A DNA stretch of 63,665 nt, filler included, from Octopus bimaculoides (GCF_001194135.2; 4 parts of 4 records of this genome joined end to end with filler, not necessarily neighbours in it), one strand, 5' to 3'. Shown: positions 29,525 to 41,000, counted from the whole stretch's first letter. Program-made: numbers and translations. The notes: generated by a model not told the origin, from the sequence alone.

Positions 29525-30260
29525 GCACAGCCCTGTCTCGAAGCCAATCTGGTTTTATGTATTCCGTTGTAAGATTTAGGTAAACGACAGAACATAAATC
29601 ATCAGGGCTGGATTCAGTGTGCCCAATGGTGGTAGTGTCACTGTATCCGTTGTCATCGGATGTAATTCGTCCATTGCCGATTTTAAGGAGCATTTCCGAA
29701 AACTGCGTTGTAGGCTGACCAGTCTGTAGGAGTGATTTCATGCTGATAGTGAGTTGTTTCGATTGGACATGCGACCAAAGAAGGGATTTTTAAAGGTAGG
29801 TATTATATTCATCAGCAGATGGTTCTTTGGGTATAATGGAAAGAGTTTGTCGAAAATATCCTGCAAGAAGTAGAGTCGCACCTCCTAGGATGTTGTTGTT
29901 TGATCTAAGGTCTCTAACTGCAGTACGAACTGTTGTAGGAAACATTTATGGGACATAGTTGCTTTATCCCAAAAAATGAGTTTGCACTTTTTTCAAAATT
30001 GTCGCTTCGTCCGAGGAATGCATTATGTGGTACGTTGAGTTTTTCTTGATGTGTTACGTTGAAAGGCAATTTGAAGACAGAGTGTGCTCTTCGTCTGCCA
30101 TCGAGAAGAATTGAGGCTATTCCTGAGGAGGCAACAGCAATAGCAAGGTCACCATTATGCCGTAACTTCGCAAGAAGAAGATTCAGGAGGAATGTTTTTC
30201 CAGTTCCACGGATGTGTCTAAGAAGGTGATTCCGCCAATGTGTGTGTAGATGGTCAAAAT
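29525..30260 (-). mobile_element. Helitron fragment: N-terminal half of the Pif1-like helicase
   Basis: Walker A region GTGKTFLLNLLLAKLR...AVASSGIASILLDGRRRAHSVFKLP, then LGGATLLLAGYFRQTLSIIP and LLKIGNG...DWLRDRA; frameshifted and ends at a (CA)n tract. Confidence 0.9.
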
Positions 30261-30566
30261 TAGGCGATCTTTCGATATGACTCGCAAAAATGTCAAAGTA
30301 AACATGTGATCCAAAAGCTGTTAAGGCATAGCGTTCGGTAAAATACGTAAACAAATTCATTTATTTATTTTTGTGGGTGGAAATGTACATTTCGTTTGAT
30401 GTCAGGATAAAGTCAAAGAGAGAGAAAACTGACATGGACGTGGGTATGTGTTAATGGGGGTGCGAGACAGAAAGCGTGCGTTGTGTGTATGTGAGAGAGA
30501 GAGAACACATACGGTTGCTCACTCACACACACACACCACAAGGACAATTCAAACAACAGAAACATA

Positions 30567-30599
<33 letters not shown>

Positions 30600-31285
30600 A
30601 CTTACACATAACATTCCCACCAACACAAAACACAAACATACATACACACGCACCCACAGATGCACACATACACACACGAGGTCAAACACATACACACACA
30701 TACGTACACACAACACCCTAACAAATATTAATCACACACACACACACAAACGTGCACACATATACGCACACCATCGTACCAAATATGAAACACACAGATC
30801 TATATACACACACCACAAAAAACTCTGGGACCAATCAAAAACGGCTCACACTCACAGACACAAACATGTATATATACACACACACATAGAGACGTGCACA
30901 GAGACATTCTGACCTCTAAGACCAGCCCCCAAAACCACTGAACCATGACAGACTAGCCCAGAAACAAAAAAAAACCCTTTTAATTCTACATTGATTTTCC
31001 TTTCCCCCACCCCAACCAGCCTCCCACACTGTCCCTTAAAATAGCAAACATTCCCTAGCTACACAAGAGAGAAAGCATGTTAAAAAGACGGATCAGATCC
31101 TCTCCAAATTTTTGTAAATTCTTAAATATATCTCCTTCTGGGTATATATATAATACCAAACGCTTTTTTTTTTAATACTCTCTTTTAAACTGTTTTAAAC
31201 ATATTCTTATTATTATTATCAAAGAATGTGAGAGATATCATTTGATATAAATAGGACTTGAAAACGAGCCACAATAGGGTTCATG

Positions 31286-31430
31286 TTTCTGGCAATACAA
31301 TAGTCGGACGAATTTGTATGGCATGTTGTGTATCATCGGCAATCATTCAGGCTGACAGAGCTGGTATATTGCATTTTGAACCTATGCACGGGAAGCTATA
31401 CAAGCTCGTCCGACTATTGTATGTTAGAGA
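31286..31430. repeat. Inverted repeat/hairpin (core arms 31295-31319 and 31398-31422)
   Basis: ATACAATAGTCGGACGAATTTGTAT versus the reverse complement of the right arm ATACAATAGTCGGACGAGCTTGTAT (23/25); pairing extends on both sides with G-U wobbles. Confidence 0.85.
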
Positions 31431-33668
31431 TATTTAAATCCTGTGTATTGTAAATGACATACATGAATGGACGACTATTACTGATGAAGCTCATATAACC
31501 TGAAATCACCTGATCTAGCAATTCCCCAGGACTGTACTCTATCTGAGAGGATTTATCTCAGTGCTTATACAAACATGGTGAAGTGAATATTAATTTTATA
31601 ATAAAACTATTTATCAATTTAAATTGAAATCAAATGCAAGAAATTTATTATATGTATAACTTCTTCCATTGTTAACCTGTCATTTCTCTCTCCCTCTCTT
31701 TCTATCTATCTATCTATTCCCCCTCTCTCGCTTTCTCCTTCTGCTGCTGTTTACGTAATGCACTCTATTACTCATTGCCTGCCACCAAGCGTAGTGTGAA
31801 CAGTCTTCCCTTACCTCTTAATTTAGCTATCTCTATAATCTCTTTTACTTTTCTCATTTTCATTCTTTATATGCTATTTAAAACGTGACAGAAGTAATAA
31901 AAGCAACGAGCCAGCCAGCCAGCCAACCTTTATATCGGGTATTATTTGTAAGTAAACATGTGTCTCAGCACGGCCGCGGCCTTCTTGCTGAAACGCATAA
32001 AAGAATAAGAGTATAAAAGAAAATATGTTTATGTATACATACATACATACATACATACATACATTCATGCACGCATGCATACATACATACATACATACAT
32101 ACATACATACATACATACATACACACATACATGCATGCATATAGAATACACAGTACGATACATGAAGAATCAATAAGGAGTGTATAAAGCCACAAATGAC
32201 AGCGAAATAGTTTGAGGAAATTGTATCTAACAATAAGAAAATTTTAATATTACTCTTTTTTCACCTGAGGACGTAGCTTAAATTCTGCATTATTTTGAAT
32301 GAATTTTTACAATTTGCATTAATGCAGGCTTGTATATAATTTATTTATAATTAAATATAATCATATAAATTATTTACATGTTTTTAAGTTCCTAAATAAT
32401 TTGTCGTGATATTAGAATATTGTTAAATAAAACGTCATCAAACTATTTCTCTAACATTTATGACTTTATGCACACAGACACACACACACACACAAACATA
32501 TATATATATATATATATATAAACGCACGTGTAAATTATTACTTATATATGCTTGTATCGATAAATATATGTACATGTATGCTGTGTGGGAGTGAATAGCC
32601 TACTCTCGAATGTCGTATCCTCTTGGTACACTTCATTTATCATTAAAATACATTTTCTTGTGCTATGATTTCCCGGTAATAAATTATGCATCAAAAGACA
32701 CCTCCATATATCACATAAACTTGTGGCTATGCATTTATGTTTATATTACCAACAAAATATTCCTAAAACTTGCTATTGCCAACCGTGAGGATGACATTAA
32801 TAATTTGTCAGTTTTCGACAATAACACTCTTTGCTTGCAGATCTAAGCTACACGATGTTTTTCTTAATAATACACTGTAACTTGAATCGATCTTATATAC
32901 AGAAGCTTTAACTTCACTAATAGCCTCTAAAATTATGCATGACTTTTCATATTTGATTTCATGTACTCACGAAATCCCGTAGAGTTATATTTGAAAAAGC
33001 AGGCATAAGTTATGTTATGTATATTCATTCCTTTTTCCTACACTGTCTTTAGGAAGATCTCAAATCTCTATCTTCAGGAAGAGTTAGTTCAACTTATCTT
33101 TAAGAAGATTTCAAACGGTTCATGATTGAAAAAATCAATGAAATTCTGACAATCGTTGTATGAGATTAACAATTATTGTATATTTTCTGCAGAGTACTGT
33201 CACAACGTCCTTTTCCTTGCGTTGTTTGCTCTATGTGCACAATATTTCGTACAGTTCCATTGACAGAAGTAAGAAGATATCTAACTTAACAGATATCCAC
33301 GATATATTTTCCACTTTCCTTTAAACTATTTTGCGAAGCTATGGAAACGAATCAGTGTCCAAGTCACAGTTACGCCACGACAATTTGGACATTTCATGCA
33401 ATAATTTTTTTAAAATATATGGATCAGGTTGTACTGTATTAGAAATTTAGAATTCCAAAATATTTGAGGAGAAGAAAGTGAGTGCTAAGTCAATTCACCA
33501 AGCGACCGAAAGAAAGAGAGAAACAAAACAAACAAACCAATACATTTAGAAAGAAGAAAAGCAAGAAAGGTAAGAAGGAAAAAATGAAAGAAAGAAAAGA
33601 AGGAAGGAAGGAACAAAGGAACAAAGTAAAAAGAACGTGAAAATGAAATAAGAAGGAAGAAGAAATTA

Positions 33669-33708
<40 letters not shown>

Positions 33709-33714
33709 GAAAGA

Positions 33715-34130
33715 GGTCTGTGAAGGCTTATTGTATTAGAGAAGTATTTGTCGCAGGCGATACATTGGTGTTCACTTCTATCGAGATGGTTAAGGTGTGA
33801 TTTACAAGCTTCTATTTTGCACGCTCTACTAGACAGAGATTCGATAGAGCCAAACGTCCTGAAGCCAGTAGGTGCATCGAGAAAATTACTTCCATGTGTT
33901 TGGATTAATCCAGCAGTCTTTTAATGCTGGTTTCATAGCATCATTGGATCTTTTACATAGTATGCCAACACTGCACCCTCCATTTGATAGATGAATGTTC
34001 TTGGTTGTCAAAATCTAGGAATTCTCACATCTTCAACCCAAGGTAGGTGGATTTGCTTGAGTGAAGTAAACAAGCTAAGTGCACTGATATACCAGAGGAC
34101 CTTCGTATCTGCAATTCTATTTTGGTAGTT
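33715..34130 (-). mobile_element. RTE (BovB-like) LINE 3' fragment
   Basis: Minus-strand LPWVEDV..RIP...DAMKPALKDCWINPNTW and terminal finger HQCIACDKYFSNTISL; frameshifted. Confidence 0.7.
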
Positions 34131-34162
34131 TATACTTAGATCTTTTCTTCTGTCTTTCATTT

Positions 34163-34338
34163 TTTACTTGTTTCAATCATAAGACTGCGGCCATACTGGA
34201 GAATTGCCTTGAAGAATCTTTTCAGCTGGATGAATCAATTCCAGGACTTATTCTATTGGTCTCTTTTCGAACCATTAAGTTACGGGGACATAAACACACC
34301 GACACCGATTGTGAAGCGGTGGAGGGAATAGGGGAGAT

Positions 34339-34411
<73 letters not shown>

Positions 34412-34530
34412 ACAGGCTTCTTCCAGTTTCTGTCTACCACGCACAAGGCTTGCCCAAAGTACCACCCAGTGGACGGAAACCGGAGCCATGTGGTTGAGAA
34501 ACAAGCTTCTTACAGCACAAGCACGCCCGC
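34163..34530 (-). mobile_element. SINE family B copy
   Basis: Similar to 37390-37773, including the internal (CA)n tract. Confidence 0.8.
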
Positions 34531-35539
34531 GCCTATATAAACCTTTCTGTATAAGATTCTGTGGTATATTCAGTCTTTCTCATAGGAAACTGCATTAGGA
34601 TTGTCTCTATATAATTACCAGTGAATACCAATTCGGTAAAATTTTATACGAAAAAGGAGAAAAATTCAACACTTAAAGCATCTTTTTTATTTCGTATTTT
34701 ATAGCCCCAGCAAGCCCTAGGATAATGAAATAGGTTGTTTCTCTAGAAAGTCAATGACAGAGAAATTGCTTTGCGATGGTTGCAGCCATTAATGTTCTGC
34801 ATTCAATAAAATGGTAGCTGACCAGTTCTACAGTTGTTTAAATTACTTTACGCTTTCTATAAAATTCTGTGTGGTCCTCTCTTGTGCCTTTATTGCTAAC
34901 TAACATTAGTTATAGTCGCAGCATGGGTTGATGAATTCAACCCTATAATCAAAATGTATTCCAACAATGACCATTCCATCTGTTTTGTTTTAGACACATT
35001 ACATCTGGAAATCATATCCTCCAGTCATCCTTATTTTTATTTAAGACATCTCAGAGATGTTTTGTTATTTCTCGCTCTTTGGTGTTGATATGGTGATTAT
35101 CCCATGTTTCTAGAATGATGTTTACATATTTCTCTAGTGGTCTTTCTATTAACGTACCTTCCATATATGGGTGAGGGCTTTTTGTCCCATGGTCAGGGTT
35201 TTGTAGGAAAAGAATATGAAAATAATAAACTTTTTCATAATTTTTCAGTAATTTCTTCTTTAGTTAAAGATAATCCTTCAGAGTCCAGTGATATAATAGC
35301 CAGTGCTGTCCTTAGTAGCAGGCATTGGCCTTTTTCTGGCTCCAGATTGAGGATCGTCTGGTATCTTGAGATTCTGGATATCGTTATCTTTCAACTTGGC
35401 TTCGAAATGTTTGGTAGCATTCGCGGATAATACCTAATATTATTTGGCAGAGATGGCGACTTCAGCGCTTCTACTTTAATCCTTACTCATCCAATAAGCT
35501 CATATCGTTCACTTACTTAATACATTCTTATCATAAACT

Positions 35540-36170
35540 CATTCAATATTCATATATAACACACAATAAATACCTCTTAAAATCACACTCATCTAATTCA
35601 TATTATATACACTGCCTCAGCAGTTTCATTTACACACCTCGGTAAATCCAGACTATATATACACATCAACATGTCTAGATTTTATACACATTCAGTCTGT
35701 TCGTAATATACACACCCAATAAATCTATACAATATACACATTCAGTACATTCATATTATACATATATCGAAAACTCTAGGCTATACACACACACTCAATA
35801 GATTCATATTATACACACAGCTCAATAATCCAAAATATATACACACCCAATACACTCGTATCGTAAACACTTCAATAATACACACTGGATAAAGTTATAG
35901 TATACACACCTCAATGAATATGAAATAGATGCATATTTTAACACTGTATAGATTTCTATTTTAAACACACATCAATAACTCTAGACTGTATACACACACG
36001 AAATATGTTCATATTGCGCACACATCAAAAAGATCATTCTACATACGCACAAAACAGATTTGTATCACTCATACACTCAAAAAAGTGTAAACAATATATA
36101 CACTCAATAGATTCATATTTTACAGAGCTCAATAAGTCCAGGCTATTTGCACACTCGATAGATGTAGTAA
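35540..36170. repeat. Degenerate minisatellite (units of about 22-25 bp, acacactcaatagattcatattat-like)
   Basis: Recurrent acactcaata(g)attcatatt and tctag(a/g)ctatatacacac units. Confidence 0.6.
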
Positions 36171-37389
36171 GTGTAGATTCGAGACATTCATTCCTTCAGT
36201 TTTGTACAGTTTTTTTTTTCCTATTCGTAATAATAATTTCCCCATAAATCCATTTCATGGTTTAATTGAAAATTTCAATTAAATTTTCTTCAGATTTTTT
36301 TTTTTTTCATTTCCTTTTTCCTTTTTTAATTTTTTTTTTTCCGCTATTTAAACTATTGTTTCAGTATTTCTTTTATTCGTTGTTTTTATATGTTTGAAGT
36401 CACACACACACACAAATATGTGCATGTATATACACCTCTCTNNNNNNNNNNNNNNNNNNNNNNNNNNNNNNNNNNNNNNNNNNNNNNNNNNNNNNNNNNN
36501 NNNNNNNNNNNNNNNNNNNNNNNNNNNNNNNNNNNNNNNNNNNNNNNNNNNNNNNNNNNNNNNNNNNNNNNNNNNNNNNNNNNNNNNNNNNNNNNNNNNN
36601 NNNNNNNNNNNNNNNNNNNNNNNNNNNNNNNNNNNNNNNNNNNNNNNNNNNNNNNNNNNNNNNNNNNNNNNNNNNNNNNNNNNNNNNNNNNNNNNNNNNN
36701 NNNNNNNNNNNNNNNNNNNNNNNNNNNNNNNNNNNNNNNNNNNNNNNNNNNNNNNNNNNNNNNNNNNNNNNNNNNNNNNNNNNNNNNNNNNNNNNNNNNN
36801 NNNNNNNNNNNNNNNNNNNNNNNNNNNNNNNNNNNNNNNNNNNNNNNNNNNNNNNNNNNNNNNNNNNNNNNNNNNNNNNNNNNNNNNNNNNNNNNNNNNN
36901 NNNNNNNNNNNNNNNNNNNNNNNNNNNNNNNNNNNNNNNNNNNNNNNNNNNNNNNNNNNNNNNNNNNNNNNNNNNNNNNNNNNNNNNNNNNNNNNNNNNN
37001 NNNNNNNNNNNNNNNNNNNNNNNNNNNNNNNNNNNNNNNNNNNNNNNNNNNNNNNNNNNNNNNNNNNNNNNNNNNNNNNNNNNNNNNNNNNNNNNNNNNN
37101 NNNNNNNNNNNNNNNNNNNNNNNNNNNNNNNNNNNNNNNNNNNNNNNNNNNNNNNNNNNNNNNNNNNNNNNNNNNNNNNNNNNNNNNNNNNNNNNNNNNN
37201 NNNNNNNNNNNNNNNNNNNNNNNNNNNNNNNNNNNNNNNNNNNNNNNNNNNNNNNNNNNNNNNNNNNNNNNNNNNNNNNNNNNNNNNNNNNNNNNNNNNN
37301 NNNNNNNNNNNNNNNNNNNNNNNNNNNNNNNNNNNNNNNNNNNNNNNNNNNNNNNNNNNNNATATACATATATTTCCTCTTTTTTCTCT

Positions 37390-37773
37390 TTTACTTGTTT
37401 CAGTCATTTGACTGCGGCCATGCTGGAGCATCGCCTTTTAGTCGAGCAAATCGACCCCAGGATTTATTCTTTGGAAGCCTGGTACTTATTCTGTCGGTCT
37501 GTTTTGCCGATCCGCTAAGTTACGGAGACGTAAACACACCACCATCAGTTGTCAAGCGATGCTGGGGGGACAAACACAGACAAACATTTACACACACAAA
37601 CATATATATATACATATATACGACGGACTTCTTTCAATTTCCGTCTACCAAATCCACTCACAAGGATTTGGTCGGCTATAGTAGAAGACAATTGCCCAAG
37701 GTGCCACGTAGTGGGACTGAACCCGGAACAATGTGGTTGGTATGCAAGCTACTTATCTTACAGCCACTCCTGC
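37390..37773 (-). mobile_element. Near full-length tRNA-headed SINE (family B)
   Basis: The minus-strand head gcaggagtggctgt...ggttccgggttcagtccc contains a B-box-like GGTTCAGTCCC. The body is shared with copies at 16.2, 34.2, 43.5, 44.0 and 57.9 kb. Confidence 0.88.
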
Positions 37774-37822
37774 ACCATACATATATATATGAAAAAATAA
37801 CGAATCCACCCGGCTTTGATTA

Positions 37823-37893
37823 ACTGTATACGCGTTTCAAGATTAAAGAGATGTAAATTGAATTACTTAACTTACTTCCATTTTCAATACAAT
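37823..37893 (-). ncRNA. Mirror hammerhead copy with mutated core (TTGAAAA instead of CTGAAGA)
   Basis: Minus strand reads ATTGTA TTGAAAA tgga...tctt GAAAC GC GTA TACAGT; the conserved C3 and G8 are substituted. Confidence 0.6.
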
Positions 37894-38162
37894 ATTCCAA
37901 ATTATAAATCCGAGAATGCTAATAAAGATACGCATTCGACCAAGCGTCATCGGACATCAGATATCCAAAAACAGCATTTCCGAATTCATATAGTCGAGTA
38001 AGAAACTCGCATCTTTCTCGAATCACCCACGTGCACTCCGAGTAATTCCACAGAAACTGCAGTCTATACGAATTCGGAAATGCTGTTTTGGGATATCTGA
38101 TGTTCGATGACGCTTGGTCGAATGCCTATCTTTATTAGCATTCTCGATTTATAATTTGGAAT

Positions 38163-38233
38163 ACTGTACTGAAGATGGAAGTAAGTTAAGTATTTTAATT
38201 TACATCTCTTCAATCCTGAAACGCGTATACAGT
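38163..38233 (+). ncRNA. Minimal type I hammerhead ribozyme motif
   Basis: ACTGTA (stem I) - CTGAAGA (core, 38169-38175) - TGGA...TCCT (long stem II region) - GAAAC - GC - GTA (cut predicted after 38227) - TACAGT (exact complement of ACTGTA). The palindromic ACGCGT stem III is typical of PLE-associated minimal hammerheads. Confidence 0.72.
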
Positions 38234-38557
38234 TTATCAAAGCCAGGTGGATTCGTTATTTTTTTCTTTTTTGCCTGTGTGAGTTGCGAGTCCTGCTGTC
38301 TGGAAGATATATTATGGTAGTGGAATAGTATTTAACTGCTATTTCTAAATTTCGGTATATGATGAAGCAATTTTTACTTAACCCTAATTATAATTATGTT
38401 TATAATTATAAAACTTTTGTATAAGTTTTACCGATAATGTGATTTTTTAACATACCGAACTAGTTGGTAAAATTATTAATTAGTAATTAATTATTAATTT
38501 TTACCCTATATCTGTAATGATACATATATATATAGCAGTAATAAATCTCTAAGCGAG

Positions 38558-38593
<36 letters not shown>

Positions 38594-38743
38594 AGAGAGC
38601 GAGGCGTACATACAAACACTCTCACACACGCACATATACACACAGACATACACTATATATATACATTTGTGTGTGCGTGTGTGTGTGTGCGCACGCCTGT
38701 GTATGTATGCTTGCATGCTAATATACAATTATTGATTTGTCAG

Positions 38744-38903
38744 AAGTAGCATACTACTTAGTGGCAGACATGTTTGTTTAGTTAAGAAGTTTGCTGCACA
38801 GATACTTCTGTCTCTTTGCTTTAGTCGATATTTTGGCGAAATGCTCTCTATTATTTCGTTTTGGATACGGCGTTTCTTGACGTCTTTGTGGAACGTCTTA
38901 GAC
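38744..38903 (+). other. Exon-like open segment resembling an ion-channel S2-S3 region
   Basis: The frame is open from 38736 to 38909 and reads QILLSLCFSRYFGEMLSIISFWIRRFLTSLWNVLD(V). Possible acceptor tttgtcag| at 38743 and weak donor |gtaaac at 38904. Confidence 0.25.
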
Positions 38904-39092
38904 GTAAACTGAAAGGCTCCTGTATACATGTTTACTTTTGGGTGTTTCATATAGATCATTGATGGCTTAACCATTAATAAATGCTTCCAGAGAACATACT
39001 TTCTGGTATTTTTTTTCGTGTCACATCCTTCAAATTATGTCTTAGATTTACCATATTAAAATGAAACCTTAATTGTGCCTCTGTGGCGAATA

Positions 39093-39140
<48 letters not shown>

Positions 39141-39162
39141 TTTGTTGTTGTTGTTGTTGTTT

Positions 39163-39197
<35 letters not shown>

Positions 39198-39216
39198 ATT
39201 ATAATTATTATTAATG

Positions 39217-39664
39217 AAGGCGGCGAGCTGGCAATCTCGTTGGCACGCCGGGCGAAATGCTTAGCGGTATTTTGTCTATCGCTACGTTCTGAGTTCAAAT
39301 TCTGCCGAGGTCGACTTTACCTTTCATACTTTTAAGATCGATTAATAAGTACTAGTTGAATCCTGGGGTCGATGTAATCGACTTAATCCCTTCCCTCAAA
39401 CTTCATGCCTTGTGCCTACAGAAGAAGTGATTATTAGTATCATTATTAAAACAAGGAGGTGAGCTGGGAGAATCATTAGCACGCCGGACGAAATGCTTAG
39501 CAGTATTTCGTCCGTCTTCGTGTTCTGAGTCCACAATCCCACCAACGTCAACTTTGCCTTTCATTCTTCGGGTTGATAAAATAAGTACCAGTTGAACCCT
39601 GGGGTCGATATAATCGAATTATTCCTTCCTCGAAATTTCAGGCCATGTCCCTTTAGTAAAAACG

Positions 39665-39699
<35 letters not shown>

Positions 39700-39915
39700 G
39701 AAAGTAGTAAGCCGGCAGAATCGTTAGCACGATGGTCAAAATGCTTAGCGGCATTTCGTCTGTCCTTATGTTCTGAATTCAAGTTCTGCCGAGATCGACT
39801 TTACTTTTCATTCTTTCGTGGTCAGTAAAATAAGTTCCACTTGACCACTGGAATAGATGTAATGGATTAGCCTCCACTACTAAGATAAAAAATTCAGACC
39901 TTTCTACCTATAGCA
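39217..39915 (+). mobile_element. Three tandemly placed SINE family A copies (about 39217-39420, 39457-39655, 39704-39915)
   Basis: Each has the gagctggcagaatcgttagcacg...ttctgagttcaaat head and the gtaccagttgxxxctggggtcgat body; they are interleaved with (TTA)n tracts. Confidence 0.88.
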
Positions 39916-40071
39916 GAAACGTTTATTAGTGACAGTAGTAGCAGCAAAAACTTTTTGTTATTTGCGTTTTTAATCTGCACTACACTGCAGTCTTACGTAT
40001 GTACAATGTTTTGTTTTAGTTTTCTTAATTTTTTGGTATTGAAAGTACCCTACTTAATATATGTGTTCAGT

Positions 40072-40477
40072 AAGGCGGCGAGCTGGCAGAAATATTAGCA
40101 CGCTAGGCGAATGCTTAGCGGTATTTCGTCTGCCATTTCGTTCTGAGTTCAAATTCCGCAGAGGTCGACTTTGCGTTTCATCCTTTCTGGGTCGATAAAT
40201 AAGTACCAGTTACGCACTGGGGTCGATGTAATCGACTTAGCCCATTTGTCTGGCCTTGTTTGTCTTCTTTATGTTTATCCCTTTGTGGGTAATAAAGAAA
40301 TAAGAAACGTTAGCACGCTAGGCGAAGTGCTTAGCAGTATTTCGTCTGTCTTTACGTTCTGAGTACAAATTCATCCTTTCGGGATTGATAAATTAAGTAC
40401 CAGCTACATACTGGGGTCAATCTAATCGACTGGTCCCCTCCCCCAAAATTTCGCGCATTGTGCCTAGAGTAGAAAAG
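40072..40477 (+). mobile_element. Dimeric SINE family A element with 16-bp TSD
   Basis: Two monomers are joined by a unique linker; AATATATGTGTTCAGT occurs at 40056-40071 and 40478-40493. Confidence 0.88.
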
Positions 40478-40595
40478 AATATATGTGTTCAGTGTCTAGC
40501 AGTGCTATTTTGTCTATATGTAAGTCCTAGAATTTTAGTTATATATTTGTCTGCATCTTTTCATTTTCATCATTCTCACAGCACGTATTATTATT

Positions 40596-41000
40596 GAATT
40601 TTTTTTCTGTTTTCAGGCCCACATTCGGATTATTTCTATTTCCAGATCTTTGGCTTCAGTTACTTTTTCCATACCATTTAGGAATACATTATCATCTGTT
40701 GGGATTGATATGTTGATTAAGAGGGAATTCTTTGCCTGTCGATTTGACAGTAATATCCGGCCGGTTAACCTTGATTTCACTGTTTGTGTGTATTGTGAAA
40801 TATGCCAAAGTATGTTTGCTTTGTCATTCCTGGAGACCTTTTTCGTGTGTACTTATACCATCTTTCTTATAATTCTTAATTCTAACCTAATTTCCAGTTT
40901 CTATAGGTCCCAATTGTGCAATACCTTTAAATGCATATTTCCTTAGCTAAATAGAGAGCTAAGTATGTCCGTCATCCGCACATATTCAGCGTTTACTGTT
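40596..41000 (-). mobile_element. R4/Dong-clade LINE C-terminal (RLE endonuclease) fragment
   Basis: KVSRNDKANILW-(fs)-FTIHTNSEIKVNRPDITVK-(fs)-LLINISIPTDDNV...KDLEIEIIRMW matches the PD-(D/E)xK restriction-like endonuclease of R4/Dong elements. It ends at a short (TAA)n run at 40586-40595. Confidence 0.78.

Larger units (their letters stand above)
37791..38266. mobile_element. Fold-back palindrome of about 200-bp arms (37791-37993 and 38064-38266) with a 70-nt spacer; probable head-to-head pair of Penelope-type pseudo-LTR/retrozyme units
   Basis: The right arm is the reverse complement of the left arm along its whole length, with scattered substitutions and two single-base indels; each arm contains a hammerhead-like motif. 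Confidence 0.9.

Noticed and set aside
33193-33268. Exon-like segment between ttctgcag and gtaaga
   Set aside because: No frame gives a recognisable peptide and there is no partner exon.
36386-37823. Longest ORFs in the track (327-477 aa) and other X-rich or HT/CV/YI-rich ORFs
   Set aside because: Produced by N gaps and simple repeats.
38729-38974. 81-aa minus-strand ORF overlapping the channel-like segment
   Set aside because: No recognisable motif; the length is within chance expectation.
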